Positions 40,601 to 52,735 of a stretch of 64,000 bases of DNA are shown in pieces; the first letter of the stretch is position 1, and every line of letters begins with the position of its first letter. The notes below the pieces were generated by a model. The model saw only the letters and a list, made by a program, of their open reading frames with translations, was not told the DNA's origin and did no database searches. Source of the DNA: Stylophora pistillata (Eukaryota); contig NW_019217814.1 of NCBI RefSeq assembly GCF_002571385.2, positions 155,509 through 219,508 on the forward strand. The letters are read 5' to 3'. Position numbers and translations under genes: made by a program.

Positions 40601-43600
40601 GATGAACTCGCAAAAGTGGGTGACTGGTTGGACGCAAACAAACTTTCTCTTAACACTAGTAAATCTAACTTTGTTATTTTCCATCCTTACCAACGCAAAT
40701 TGGACTACATAGTTCACTTGAAAATTTATAATAACGATCTTAAAAAAAGTGTATCTCTAGAACAAAAAACTTTTGTGAAATATCTAGGAATTCTGATAGA
40801 TAATAACCTCTCTTGGAAGTATCATATTGATTATATCTCATCTAAAGTTAGTAAAGGAATTGGTATAATTGCCAGGTTAAGACATCTTGTCCCATTTGCC
40901 ACACTTCTTAACATCTACCGCTCCTTAATTGAACCCTATATCTCTTATGGTCTTATTGCCTGGGGACAAGCTGCTAACACTCATTTAAATAAGGTTCTCA
41001 TTTTACAAAAACGTGCTCTACGACTAATGTATTTTGCGGATAGCAAAACTCATAGTGCCCCGCTATTTGTTAACTCCAGAATCTTACCAATAACTATGCT
41101 CTATTCTCATTTGGTTTCCTCTTTGATGCATGACATTGATAATCACCGTGCCCCGTCTAATATTTCTATGCTCTTTCTCCACTCCGAGCAGGTTCATCAC
41201 CATTTCACAAGATTCTCAGCAACGGCTAATCTATACGTTAAAGCGTCTAGAACTAACCAACTTTTATTTTCTTTTGCTAGAATAGGTGTAAGATTGTGGA
41301 ATAGCATCCCAAAAGAACTTCGTATTAAAAACAGAACCCCGTTTAAGCGTGAACTTAAAAATCGCCTGTTAAAACTTTTGGAAAATGAGGAGATGAATGT
41401 TGATATACGCTGCTCAGAAATTTGTAAATATCTCTTGATAAAGTAACTCTTCGTTTAAGTCTTGTTTCAATTGTATTATATATCTTGATAACTTTGCAAT
41501 TGATTATTTAATTATTCAACGGACTTAATTTTATTTTATTTTATTTAACAATTGTATTTTTATTTAATGATTATCTTTGTTTAATTGTATCGGTATGTGA
41601 TCATTAGCAGAGACAGCACTTGTTTTAGAAGGGTGGCCCGCCTAGAATAGCTTGCTAATTGCGGGTCACCTAGGACTGTGATAATATTGTATTGCTAACA
41701 AATAAATAAATTGATTGATTGAAATTGAATTGATTTCCTGAATTGTATATCTAATAGTACCATCACTCCATTTTGTTTCTTCTCTCAGAAAAGTATCCAA
41801 ACCAGCTGCACTGATATTTACAGTGATGGATCGAGAGGAGTCCCTTGGAACAGTGAGTTTACCACTTGCACAAATTCCCTCCGTGGCTCATCGTCGCCGA
41901 TGGATTCCGTTGACGACAAAAAATTCTCAAGCTATGGGCGACTTGTGCATCGACTGTTGGGTCCTTTCCTTCAAGAAGGCTGGAGAGGGAAGTAAATGGA
42001 ATGCCTTGATACCTTTAGTGGGCCGTATAGGAGGGGGCGGGCGAGATCGGTCCAAAAGAAGAGCCTCGATTGAAGCTGCTTCTATTTCTGTGAAAGGATC
42101 CAGGTCGATAGAAAATTTATACTCCAATCCTGCGCCTAAAACTGACATTAATTTGGATGCTACGAACCCATTTAAGAATCCTGACCCTGGATCGCCAAGT
42201 CCCAAACTGTCTCCTAAATCATCGTCCAGTGCCACAAATTTAGCACCCCTTGCTTTGTTCAAACCCCGTCTCGCTCCCACTTTGGGTCAGGTACTGTCCT
42301 CCAGTCGCGCTCCGGAGATTACGGGACTTTCTCCAAAAGCGGGTCTTTTGTCTGGTGGCACACGGATTACAGTGCGCGGTTGCAACCTGGGTAACTCAAA
42401 AGATGATATAGTATCTGTAACTCTCTGTGGCTGTGACCTGTACTCCACACTTGAATACCACAGTCCAGCAAAGCTTGTGGTTGTAACGAAACCTTGGAAT
42501 GGCTCCGGACCTGTTGTAGTGGAAACGAAGTCTGGTGGACGTGGTACATCGACTCTCAATTTTACATTTCAGGATAAAGCTCCAGGTGGGTAGCCATATA
42601 AGTAGCCATTGATTTGGTTGTAACTATTGTTTTTTTTTTTTTTTAACCCTTAAATATGGTATGAAGATGGGCTGTACTGCCCTTTGCAGATCAGACATTT
42701 AGATTAGAGTCGGTACACGACTCCATGGGGAAAGTTTTGTGCGAATATACTGGTATGCCTAAAACTCCTTGCCACTTATAAGGAATACACGCGCATAATA
42801 GGTGCCTGATGAAATCAGGAATTAAAACTTGCCACCAAAGAATGAATCATTGCTGATGAAATAATCAGAACAGAGACCTTAATAAGGACAGAGATGTTTT
42901 AATTCTCAGAAGTCCCAGCTTTGGCAAGCTTATGACGAACTCCCCAGGAAGTTATCAATATCAGAAGGAAACGTTTTTTTCAAGTTATAGAACTAAAGTT
43001 TTAATCGTCTGTGTCACTTTTGTCATGTTTATTCTCTCTTGTATTCCATGACCTCATTGTAGACGTTCTCTAGATTTCTTAGATTTGGCTGAATCAGCCA
43101 TTTTCTCTTTCGTGTGAATTAAAATCTTTTTCCGTCACATGAGTTCAGTTCAGACTTTCGCATCGTAAGAACAAACCGTACGAAAAATTAGCAAAAACCT
43201 TTGCGTAACTGCGCCTAATCATTTACATTTCTATAGTAAAATATGTCTTTATAACCTCAAAATTGAATTTGTGACGAAGACACTTCTTAAATAACTTCAA
43301 TTTACGCAGCTTTGTATCATTCAAAATGTCATTTGTGCGGTTAAATCACTTGTTATTATGACAACTAGCCATGACATCACACCAGAATACTTCCCATGTT
43401 ACTAAAATTATTGTGTCCAAACTTGTTAAGAATCGTAGTATACTTACCCCTAATAATTTAAGGACTAAAACAGGTCAAACATAAATGATATTGTCAATTG
43501 TCGGTTTTCCCTTTGGAAGGAAAAGCCTTTTTGGAAAATTTTAAAATGCCTTCAGTGTTGGACTGATTAATTTTTTTCGGTTTTTACACCATGATCAACA

Positions 43601-43964
43601 GCGTCAAGCAAAGCGTCGAGCAAAAAAGATAAAGCTTCACGTGCTGAACTTTTAACAGAAATAACTCAACTAAGAGAGGTGATAGATGGTAAGTTTATTC
43701 TCTTCAATTAATCATTGTAATCGGTGATGTTTCCACTTACGATAAAATTAGGAATTGAACTCCTTCAACTACTGCAGTTGTTTCAATTCAAAGAAAATTT
43801 TGTTAAGTATGAGCTGGAACATAAATTGGTAAAGTTCTCTCTTCTTTTTTATTTCAGATTTGGCTGACGAGAATCGTTCAATGAAGATCTACATAGATAA
43901 ACTAATGATGATTCTCATGGAAAGGTTTCCAGAAGTACTAGAAAATTTAGGTTCTTCTCTCTAA
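37650..43964 (+). CDS. Rab11-FIP-like protein: N-terminal C2, central Sec5/EXOC2-like IPT/TIG domain, C-terminal FIP Rab-binding domain (385 aa); exons 37650-37677, 37758-37796, 37887-37986, 41789-42585, 43602-43688, 43858-43964
   Basis: GT-AG splicing gives one open frame: MDPEEVKVVVYAARNLQPKKGESVCNASVVFGIGKHKYRTESVRDNDPTWNEETTI (C2) ... PEITGLSPKAG..TRITVRGCNLG..VETKSGGRGTSTLNFTF (IPT) ... SRAELLTEITQLREVIDDLADENRSMKIYIDKLMMILMERFPEVLE (FIP-RBD with YID motif). Confidence 0.82.
39057..41735 (+). mobile_element. Young CR1/L2-group LINE (RT domain and 3' UTR) in intron 3 of the Rab11-FIP-like gene; 3' part appears twice
   Basis: Uninterrupted ~495-aa RT ORF (YRPISLL, DLKKAFDTVDH, GVPQGSVLGP, LFADD), 3' hairpin at 41632-41670 and a short (TTGA)n tail. 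Confidence 0.9.
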
Positions 43965-44559
43965 GGACAAGTGTGTACAAGCTAGAAGAATTTTTTTTCT
44001 ATTAAGAATATGTAAGCCAAGCCAAAATGAACAGTTTGCTAATCAGTGTTAGCTGATGGAGCACACGATGCAGTTCATTTTCCGTTTTCGCAAAGCGAAT
44101 AAAATCCCTTGGGCACTCTTAAATTTGAATTTAGTCAACAGGCTGATCAGTGAAAGGGGAATTAATCTTTTCCATTCTCACACTTATGCCACACTAACCA
44201 GGTGAAATTGATTAATAAAGCTCAAAATATAATTTCAATGGTTCCTTTCATTATCGAAAAACTGAAATTATTGCATGGTTGTCAGTAACCGTGTCACTTC
44301 CAAAATATGCTTACGTAATTCTTCACCACTCCTCAAACGTTCGGTCTGTTACGGAAGATTATAATCAAACAATTATCTATTGTTATAAAAGCAAACTTTC
44401 TAGGTGTTTCTTCAGGATAGCGTCTTCCCTATTCGAAACAGTTGGCCAACTTGGCTCAAATTGCATTATTGAACTTCCACTTACAAATTGTGGCCAGATA
44501 TAATCAAATAAAAATCAATGAATAATTTCCAATCCCTATGCGTTAAAAAACCTTATGAG

Positions 44560-47500
44560 TCAAAATAAGGCGTCTTTAATCGGTGACAACTTTACCATGA
44601 CCACCCCTGTGGGATTTACTTTGGCACTAACGAAATTGGTAAACTGACCCAAGTCTTTACCAGCAAACAAGTCTCTGGCAGAGGCTGTCTTCGATGTCAA
44701 TCCAATCTGTAGCACCAAAAGAAAGAAAGGTGTAGTTGTTTGTAACTCTGATATGTTGTTAATTACTGGCTAAACTTTTATGTAAAAGCTCTACAGATGT
44801 GAAAGTGTTAAAACTATAGAATTGTTTCTTGTTCCAAGTGCAATCAACTCTTAAACAGCTCTTTTCCCTTCCTCCCTTAAATTCTTCCCGTTACGCAATC
44901 CAGACGAACATCTTAGAGGGTTTCAGAGGAGTAGCAAATATTGTATAGGGTGGTTGGCCTTTAACGTGCATGACTCAGGAACACAGCTCCATAAAAAAAT
45001 TCCTTTGATAACAAAGTACTGTCAATTCCCACATACCAATTCAAAATCAGCTTTGATTTCCTGTGCTGAGTCTCGGTTGCGATTAAACAGCACGGCAGCC
45101 ACACTGCCATTAAACAAAGCACGTGACCAAACTTCTACATCTTTTTCAGCGAACTGTTGAGGTAAGGACAACATAACTTAAGAGGGGAATACAGGGTTGA
45201 TTATGGAAAGAGTTGGGTCGTTGACCATAGAAATTCCTCATGAAGACCTAGTCCATCACCATCACAGTAGCTATGGTCTTCCCCGTGCTGTTAGCACGGA
45301 GCTAAAACAATGACTAAATGTCTTATTAACGCATGGTATCAAATCTCAGCGACGCTGTTTTGAGAATCATCGAGCAATTTGGCCACTGATGTGGATAGCG
45401 TTTGGTGTGAGGATGGAATTTATGCCTTTTGTCACCGTATGAATTTTTAAATTAGAGAGACTTAGCAATGCGTTTACGTGAAACGTGAACAGCAGAAGAG
45501 ACCACGTGAACTTGTTTTTCCCGCCATTTTTTCACGATTGCCGGTTGCGCTTTGCAGTTTCTGCGTGAAAGTAACCTGTTTCACTTTTGCCGTGCACGTA
45601 AAAATTTTCTTCACTTTTTTTTCTCACAGAGTAGAAGTTAATTGCCGGAAAAAGGGCGCCAAAACTATTCCTTGTAAGTCACACAAGGGCGCCTTCAAGT
45701 CCACTATGACGTGAGCTCCCGCGAAGCTAAAACAGCAAAGTTCGCAACATTTTACGTTAAACTTGAAAGGGCAAGCTGACGTTTGCCGTTTCACGTAAAC
45801 GCGGTACCAAATCTCTCTTTTAACAAACAGATTTCATGTTTCCATGCGTCTGTTCAGGACTAAATCACAGATGACGTCAAAATGTAGTAAGAACAAAAAA
45901 GGTGGCACACGAGGTGCATCCCAGTGTGCCACAGACGCTCTGAGCACATTGTGACGTCATCTGTGATCTGTTACTGCCGGAACAGACCTCCGGCAGTATA
46001 GAATTTATTGGTTTTATATGATAAAAGAGAAAATGTTGGTGAAGGTGATGTCATCTATGTGTCTCCTCCAGTAGTTCATTGGAACAATCAAAATGCAAGT
46101 GTACTTTAGCCTATCATGTGACATAAAAAAGTATACACACCACTCTTCTCCCCATTTTTCCCAGCTTGTCTTGATCAACAGCAATTACTTCTCTGATGGT
46201 AAAAAGCACAAGAGTAAAATAGTGATATTTACGACCTTAAAGCTAACAAGTAACTCAAACAGCTGAGTAGCCCGGCCAAAAGGACTTAGTTCTTCAGGAT
46301 TTTCCTCACTTGTAGGATCTCACCCCAACTCATCTGTTGAACAATGCATGTTAAACGATGCGATGATTACCTGTTTAGAAGAATGTCTTTGGCCTCCTTT
46401 GAGATGTTCCTTAAATCATTTGACATGATAAGTGGCTGTGCATTAAAATAAAGACATGTGATCAACCAGTATTTAATAAATAGGTATATAGAGACATAAG
46501 GGTGTAATGTAATACGAGGTAGTGTTTTATGGTTTGGTGACATCAGAAAAAAATTATCACTTCATTCCTCTATGGTGTACAATTTATGGCGCACAATCTG
46601 AGAGTGCATTCTCCCTTACGGCCTACAAAGAAAACAACTTTTGTAAAGAAATTCCTTTAAAAGATCAGACATTTCCAAAGCTGACCATCTTCGTTTTCTC
46701 CTTCGGAAATCGTCTATGTTCCACAGCAAAAGAAAATCCAAGGGCTGAAAATCCCGAGGATCGGGGCACTCCCTGGTTGGCATTCCCGACCGTTTATTAC
46801 GGTAAATGTTGAGAGCAGATTGCTTGTCCAAGGCGTAAAAATGCCTGACATACGCAAGGATGTCAAAAGATTCAATCCTGGCTTCATCTGCTTAAACGTA
46901 TCACTTGTGCGATATACAGTGACGGGGAAGAAGGCTAAACTCACTGCAGCTAGGATTGACCAAAGTGCAAACTGTGCTTTAGATTGTTCGTAGTTCAGCC
47001 CAAAATTACCAATGACAAGCTGTACAGGTAAATCAAAACAAAACTATTAAAAATGTATGAATATGAGTGATTTCCCGAATACCATGTAATTTGTTGTATT
47101 GAGAACCAAAGTTGTTACAGCGGCCAATCAGAACAAAGAACAAATCTAATTACCCTCAACCGAGGGAAACCCATAATTACGCATGTTAATGAACAAGTCG
47201 TGATTGAGGTTAGTGTTGTGTTGTCTCTGGTTGGTTGAGGATGTAGCGCGAATTCTCTGAATCAATCAAAAAGTAAAGTAAAGCTAAGCCAATGAGATTC
47301 TAATTTACGTTGAACAATTGGGTGAACTATCAAGTGAAAGCTACTCTAAGTAAGGTGTATGTCTAATATATTAATGACTTGGTAGTGATCATTCGTTACA
47401 AGCCGGCTGGTTTAGCATTTTACCATGTCTGGGTCATTCCAGTGCCCAGGTCCCGCTGCTGGAACGAACGTGTCTTGGTTCTCCGCAAAATGATCCAAAA

Positions 47501-50500
47501 TTCCTAGAACACTATTCCACGAGTCCTGTTAAGGAAAATCGAAAAAACGGTGTAGGAGTTGTCAATTCCTAGTAATATGGTCCACACACATTGCACCACA
47601 CTAAAAAAAATTAGTGCTAAGTTAAATAGGAACCAGTTTCCACAGGAAAGAATGAGAAGATAAGTGCCGAATAGCTTAAACGAAAAAAATGAAGAATTAA
47701 TAAATCACTGAGAATAAACGGATGGATGAATAGACTTTCCAACCTGTACATCTTGGTAATTTCTCCAGGTGTTGCAGTTTCTAGCAATAGCAGCATAGTC
47801 AGGCTAAAATAGAAGTATTTTTAATAAATAAATAATAAATAAATAATAATTTAGCAATGGACATTCCACTGGGTGGCTCTCCTTGTCCACTGTTTCCAGA
47901 TCGAATTGGAATTTGGAATGTTGGTTTTTGTGGAGGGAGGAAAACCGGAGGACCTGGAGAAAAACCCTCAGAGCAAGGATGAGAACCAACAACAAACTCA
48001 ACCCACATGGGACGCCAGGTCCGGGAATCGAACCGGGGCCACAGTGGTGGGAGGCAAGTGCTCTCACCACTGCGCCATCCCTGCTCCCGGTAGGTCAAGG
48101 AATGCTGACTTTGGACGGTGCTGTAACGTTGTTTTATAAATCCCTCTGTAATTACTAATTCTCAACCTTTACTTGTTAATGAACTATCACCCCAACACTC
48201 AACAGAAAATTGTAGGCAGCAAAAACAGATTCTTCTATTGTGCAAATTACCAAAGGCTTTCCTACGCATAACATAAAGTTTGGTGGGGAGGGTATAAGGA
48301 GGAGAGTGGGAGATTGGAAAGAGGAGGGAATGATGTACCACAATCCTAAGAAAGGCTGGAAGAGGCTCTGCTAGTATGAGCCATTTTGGGATTTTACACA
48401 ATTACTGATGACTTATTATTTTTCTAACCAGACAGCTATAGGTGAGCAAAGTTGAGATTCTTCATAAAATGAAATGAAATAACTGTCTTGTAGCAATTTT
48501 CTCTTAAAATAGTGTTTTAGTCATACGTCCAGTGAGTATAAAAGATTTGTTAATCTAAGCACATAACAATGTAAATGGTAAATATGATTCTTGTCTCTGT
48601 GTGAATCGAACCTTTATTCCAATTTTGGATTGGTAATCAGGCCATTCACAGCTCAGTAATATTGGGCGTCCTGTTGCATTTAGAGCTTGAGTAAATTTTG
48701 GGTAGCCAACATCAAACAGAGCAGGGTCTGCATAACAACCATCCACTTTGAGATAATCCACTTCCCAACTTGCAAATGTCTGAAAAGTATGATGATAACT
48801 GTGAGAGGAAAGGATCCATGATCTTAAAGTTAAAACACAGCCTGCAGTTACCCTCCTAACAATGAGGCAAGGCTGTGGTCTAGCAGCATCCAGTGACCCC
48901 TGGCTCCTTACTTTTGCTCTTGGGTGACTCAGGAATTTTAGTTTTTTCATATAAAGCATATGCTGGGCACCCTGGATTTCACAGATTCAGAGCATTGGGT
49001 TCCATTCAATTTTCCTTAGAGTACAGCCTTGACGAGGGAACGCAGTAATGCAAAGGTTAAGGATTAAAGTGCTGTTGAAGTTTAAAAATTGGCTAATAAT
49101 TTCGAGTTACATATTAAATTTGTGATTTTACATTAAATAGTCTGCATGGATTTGAACTGATTGAGACTTTACCAGGCCTCCCATTCCACTTCATGGTCTA
49201 GCATCAAAGAGATTTTAATTATGTGTATGTTTTCAAGCAGTAAATGGATGAGAACAAAGCAAAACTATCACCCAATTGACATCATTTGACACATGATTAT
49301 TAGGGCTAAACTTATAAGCAATTTACTGAATACACAGTAGACAGACCAATTCAAGGCATTGATTAGGCTTTGGGTTAGAAGGGCTAACTTTCTGTCACAC
49401 TGCCTATAGTTTCAACAACCCAAGGGGAAGTCATCATCAGAGTAAGTAATTTCCTTGTATCTAGTGATGACCTCCACTTGGTTAGTAGACATTCGCCAGT
49501 ATCACTGATGGGGCTCCTTCTCAGGAGTACCTAATTACTAGGATGATGATTCCATATGATCAAAAGTGAAGTTATATTTATCAACAGCTTACTTGTGCAT
49601 CTTGTTCAATGTGATCAATACTTCCAGGGTAACCAGCACATGTTAAGATGCCATAATCTGTTGGAGATCACACAAACAAAGAAAAGGGTTGTTTTTTTTT
49701 TAATACACGATGATATATTTACAAATATCTTTCTAATGGTTAATACTTCTGCAGAAATATTTTCAGAAAAGAAAAAAAAGCATTTACACTGCAATGCAAG
49801 CAGCTCAGCTCACCTCTAATATAAAAAATGTTGCCTTTTCTGCTGGCAACAGAAGTAAATTATTAAATCTGCTTTTAACAAATCACTTATAGAAGTAACT
49901 TCAGAGGTGACTGATTACATCTAAAAGGATTATGTATTCTGACTTTAGGGCTTAGAATGTCAATAACTAGATACTTGCCAGCATACATTCCAAGTTTCAG
50001 TCTTTTGCTATGTAACTATATAGAATTAGAAAAGAAACAAATACCAATGGTTAACACTTCAATAGAGTAGTATAAAATAAACAATATCATGAATTCATTC
50101 TAAAATGGCTAAAAAAGAGGTAAAGTCTGGAGAAAGAGAACCATTCATGATAAAAGAAGAATAGACATTCCTGTGTAGTCAGTTGGTCAGCCACAATCAT
50201 GTGAAAAAGTGGAGGATTGCAACTGCAGGAGAGCTTTGCACTTGGGAATGCTTCCAATAACTACAAGTATGGATGCATTATGATAATCTTACATATTCTG
50301 CCAAAGCTTTCATCCCACTTGGAAATCTTGTACTGTTAGGCTGAAGATTTCCAGAAGAATCACGCTCTTTGTTTGACCAACAGTCCTGAAATATAATATT
50401 AAGTTAAATCCAACAAGGATATCATCATCATCCCCACAGTTATCAATGTCACTGTCAATGTCACCATCATCATCATTATCATCATCACAAGTACATTAAC

Positions 50501-52132
50501 AAGAGATTAAGGCACTTACATCAATGCTAACATAATCATATCCAGCATCTCGATAACCATCTTCAGCAAGACGATCAGCCATCTGCTTGATCAGATGTTC
50601 ACTGAAACAGACAATTAAGACAGACAATTAAGTATATACACATGGAGCCCACACAAGCGGTGTGTCTGGCCATTTGTTCGAAATGTAAAGAAATGTATGG
50701 AAGAATATTGAAGAGTCGTTATATCATAATCTTATATCGAGAAATGTCAATGTTAAGGCTCAAAATAAATGTAAACCTACCTCACTTGCCGTGTATTGTC
50801 GTTTCTGTGGTTCTAAATGGCGAATTTGAGCGATTTGGTAGATTTTGCGCTGACTGTTACTCTACTGTATAAGGAGACAAATCTCCTTGACTGTTACTCT
50901 ACTGTATAAGAAGACAAGACTCTTCAATATTCTCCCATACTTTTCTTTATATTTCAAACAAACGACCAGACACGCCCCTTGCACGGGTCCCCTGTGGTAC
51001 ATATAACAATTTCAGCTCCTGGTCAAATTTAAAATGAAAGTTGCCTCTCGAATTCACTTTGAAATATTTGTGACTTTTCCACTTTAAATTTTCCTTTTGA
51101 CTTATGTCTGTGTTGTGAATGATGAAGATCACAGGGAAGGAAAGGACTTACATGTTCTGATTAGGATATTTAGACAACACAGGAAGACTTTGGGTATGAA
51201 ATTCCAAAACTTGTAATGGCCATTATTTTCAAGCTAGCTTTTTAAATAAACTGATTCTCTAAGGTAATACACAATACAGACTACGTGTGTCACGGGTACC
51301 CCAACCACGATAAACACCCCTTTCCCTACCCAGCCCCTCCCCCCCCCAGTCCTCGGCTTTGATCAAAGGTAGCAAAGGGGACGGGGGTGCTGATCCCATT
51401 ACACGCACAAATTTTAGAAACATTCAGGTGTCATGTGCACTTTAGATAGTATTTCATGCGTCACGAATGAAAAATAGAATATTTTAATCTCACCTGATCT
51501 TGTCTATTGCTAAAAAAAAACTCACGTCATGTATTAATTTTCGCTCAATCACGCGCACGTACAAACCATGGCCTTTGCTACATCCTGATCCTTACTAATA
51601 ATTTTTACAAAGACCTTTGGTGCTTTTACGTAAATTATTTTAAAACGATATGTATCAAACAACAGTACTTCTATACACCCAGCTCTTACTGATCAACACA
51701 AAGCTTTTGATCCGAGAGTGTGTGATGCACTTCCGTAATTCGGTAACGAGCACTGCCTTTTAGCTATCTTCGATCTCCCAGCTTCTATCAACGCACTTAC
51801 CTTATGCAGTTTTCTGGATCCTTGTTGCAATCGATGTTGCATCTAAATCTTTCCCAATCCATCCATCCCACTATTTAAATGGAGCAAACCCGAACGATGC
51901 GTCAGTTTCGTGAAAAATTATCTCAGGAGAAAAGCACATAATTTTAAATCGGTGTCCTACGCAAATCAGCTGAACACTGGTCAACTTTTTCAACTTATGA
52001 ATTGCACTGAGTAACCTTACTTGGTGGTGTAAGTGCTAAGCCATTATTCAATCCAACAACTGCATACTTGTTAAAGAAGGGTACTAAAATAACCAGAGTT
52101 ACGGCCGCAAAAGCCCAGTTACTATCCGCCAT
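44560..52132 (-). CDS. GH27 glycosidase, alpha-galactosidase-like (SCEWP motif), signal peptide; 14 exons: 52132-52021, 51870-51801, 50601-50520, 50385-50293, 50015-49979, 49657-49593, 48779-48612, 47803-47744, 47525-47424, 47019-46945, 46435-46371, 46192-46141, 45153-45037, 44706-44560
   Basis: [26 protein letters not shown], nucleophile motif YLKVDGC, WRNYQDV (acid/base Asp), [18 protein letters not shown]. Exon phases are consistent; one GC-AG intron is required. Confidence 0.9.
45454..45818. mobile_element. MITE-like element
   Basis: Imperfect TIRs AGAGAGACTTAGCAATGCGTTTACGTGAAAC / GTTTCACGTAAACGCGGTACCAAATCTCTCT. Confidence 0.65.
47822..48088 (-). mobile_element. Full-length tRNA-derived SINE in a GH27 intron
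   Basis: Minus strand GGGAGCAGGGATGGCGCAGTGGTGAGAGCAC (A box), GGTTCGATTCC (B box), (TTTA)n tail. Confidence 0.85.
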
Positions 52133-52434
52133 TTTCAGTTCAGGCTCAAGAAATCACGAGATCACTCGTTGCACAGGCATCCCACCCTAGAGGGAAAACT
52201 CCCGCTCTCCGCGCGAGGGAACAGCTTGTGTGTTCCAAGCATTCGATGGAGAATTAACCAGTCTGTCAGACACTCAAAACGTGAGTTCTTTATAATAATC
52301 GTTCCTTTTTCGTTACAGAACAGCACAGGTTTTTCCCACTCGTGAGGAGACATTTCAAACAAACGTTTCTCACTATTTTATTGATTGCAACAAAAAAATT
52401 AATTAGTAAACACAGTCAAGAGCTCCTGATTATG

Positions 52435-52690
52435 TCAACAACTGGTCAAGCAGCAACTCTTCTTATGTTTTTCTTTTCCTTTTCCTTTTCTCTTTTTGAC
52501 TATATTTTTTTCCTCTTCACAGATCGGTGTCAGCTTCATCATGACCACTCCACTGGGGTTCACTCTGGCTATGAATGTTTCATTATACATTCCTAGCTGC
52601 TGATGAGAGAATAGATCACGTGCGCAGGCACTTTTTGTTGAAATTCCAACCTAAGTTCGAATAGAAACAGTTAGTTTAATAAGTATGATG

Positions 52691-52735
<45 letters not shown>

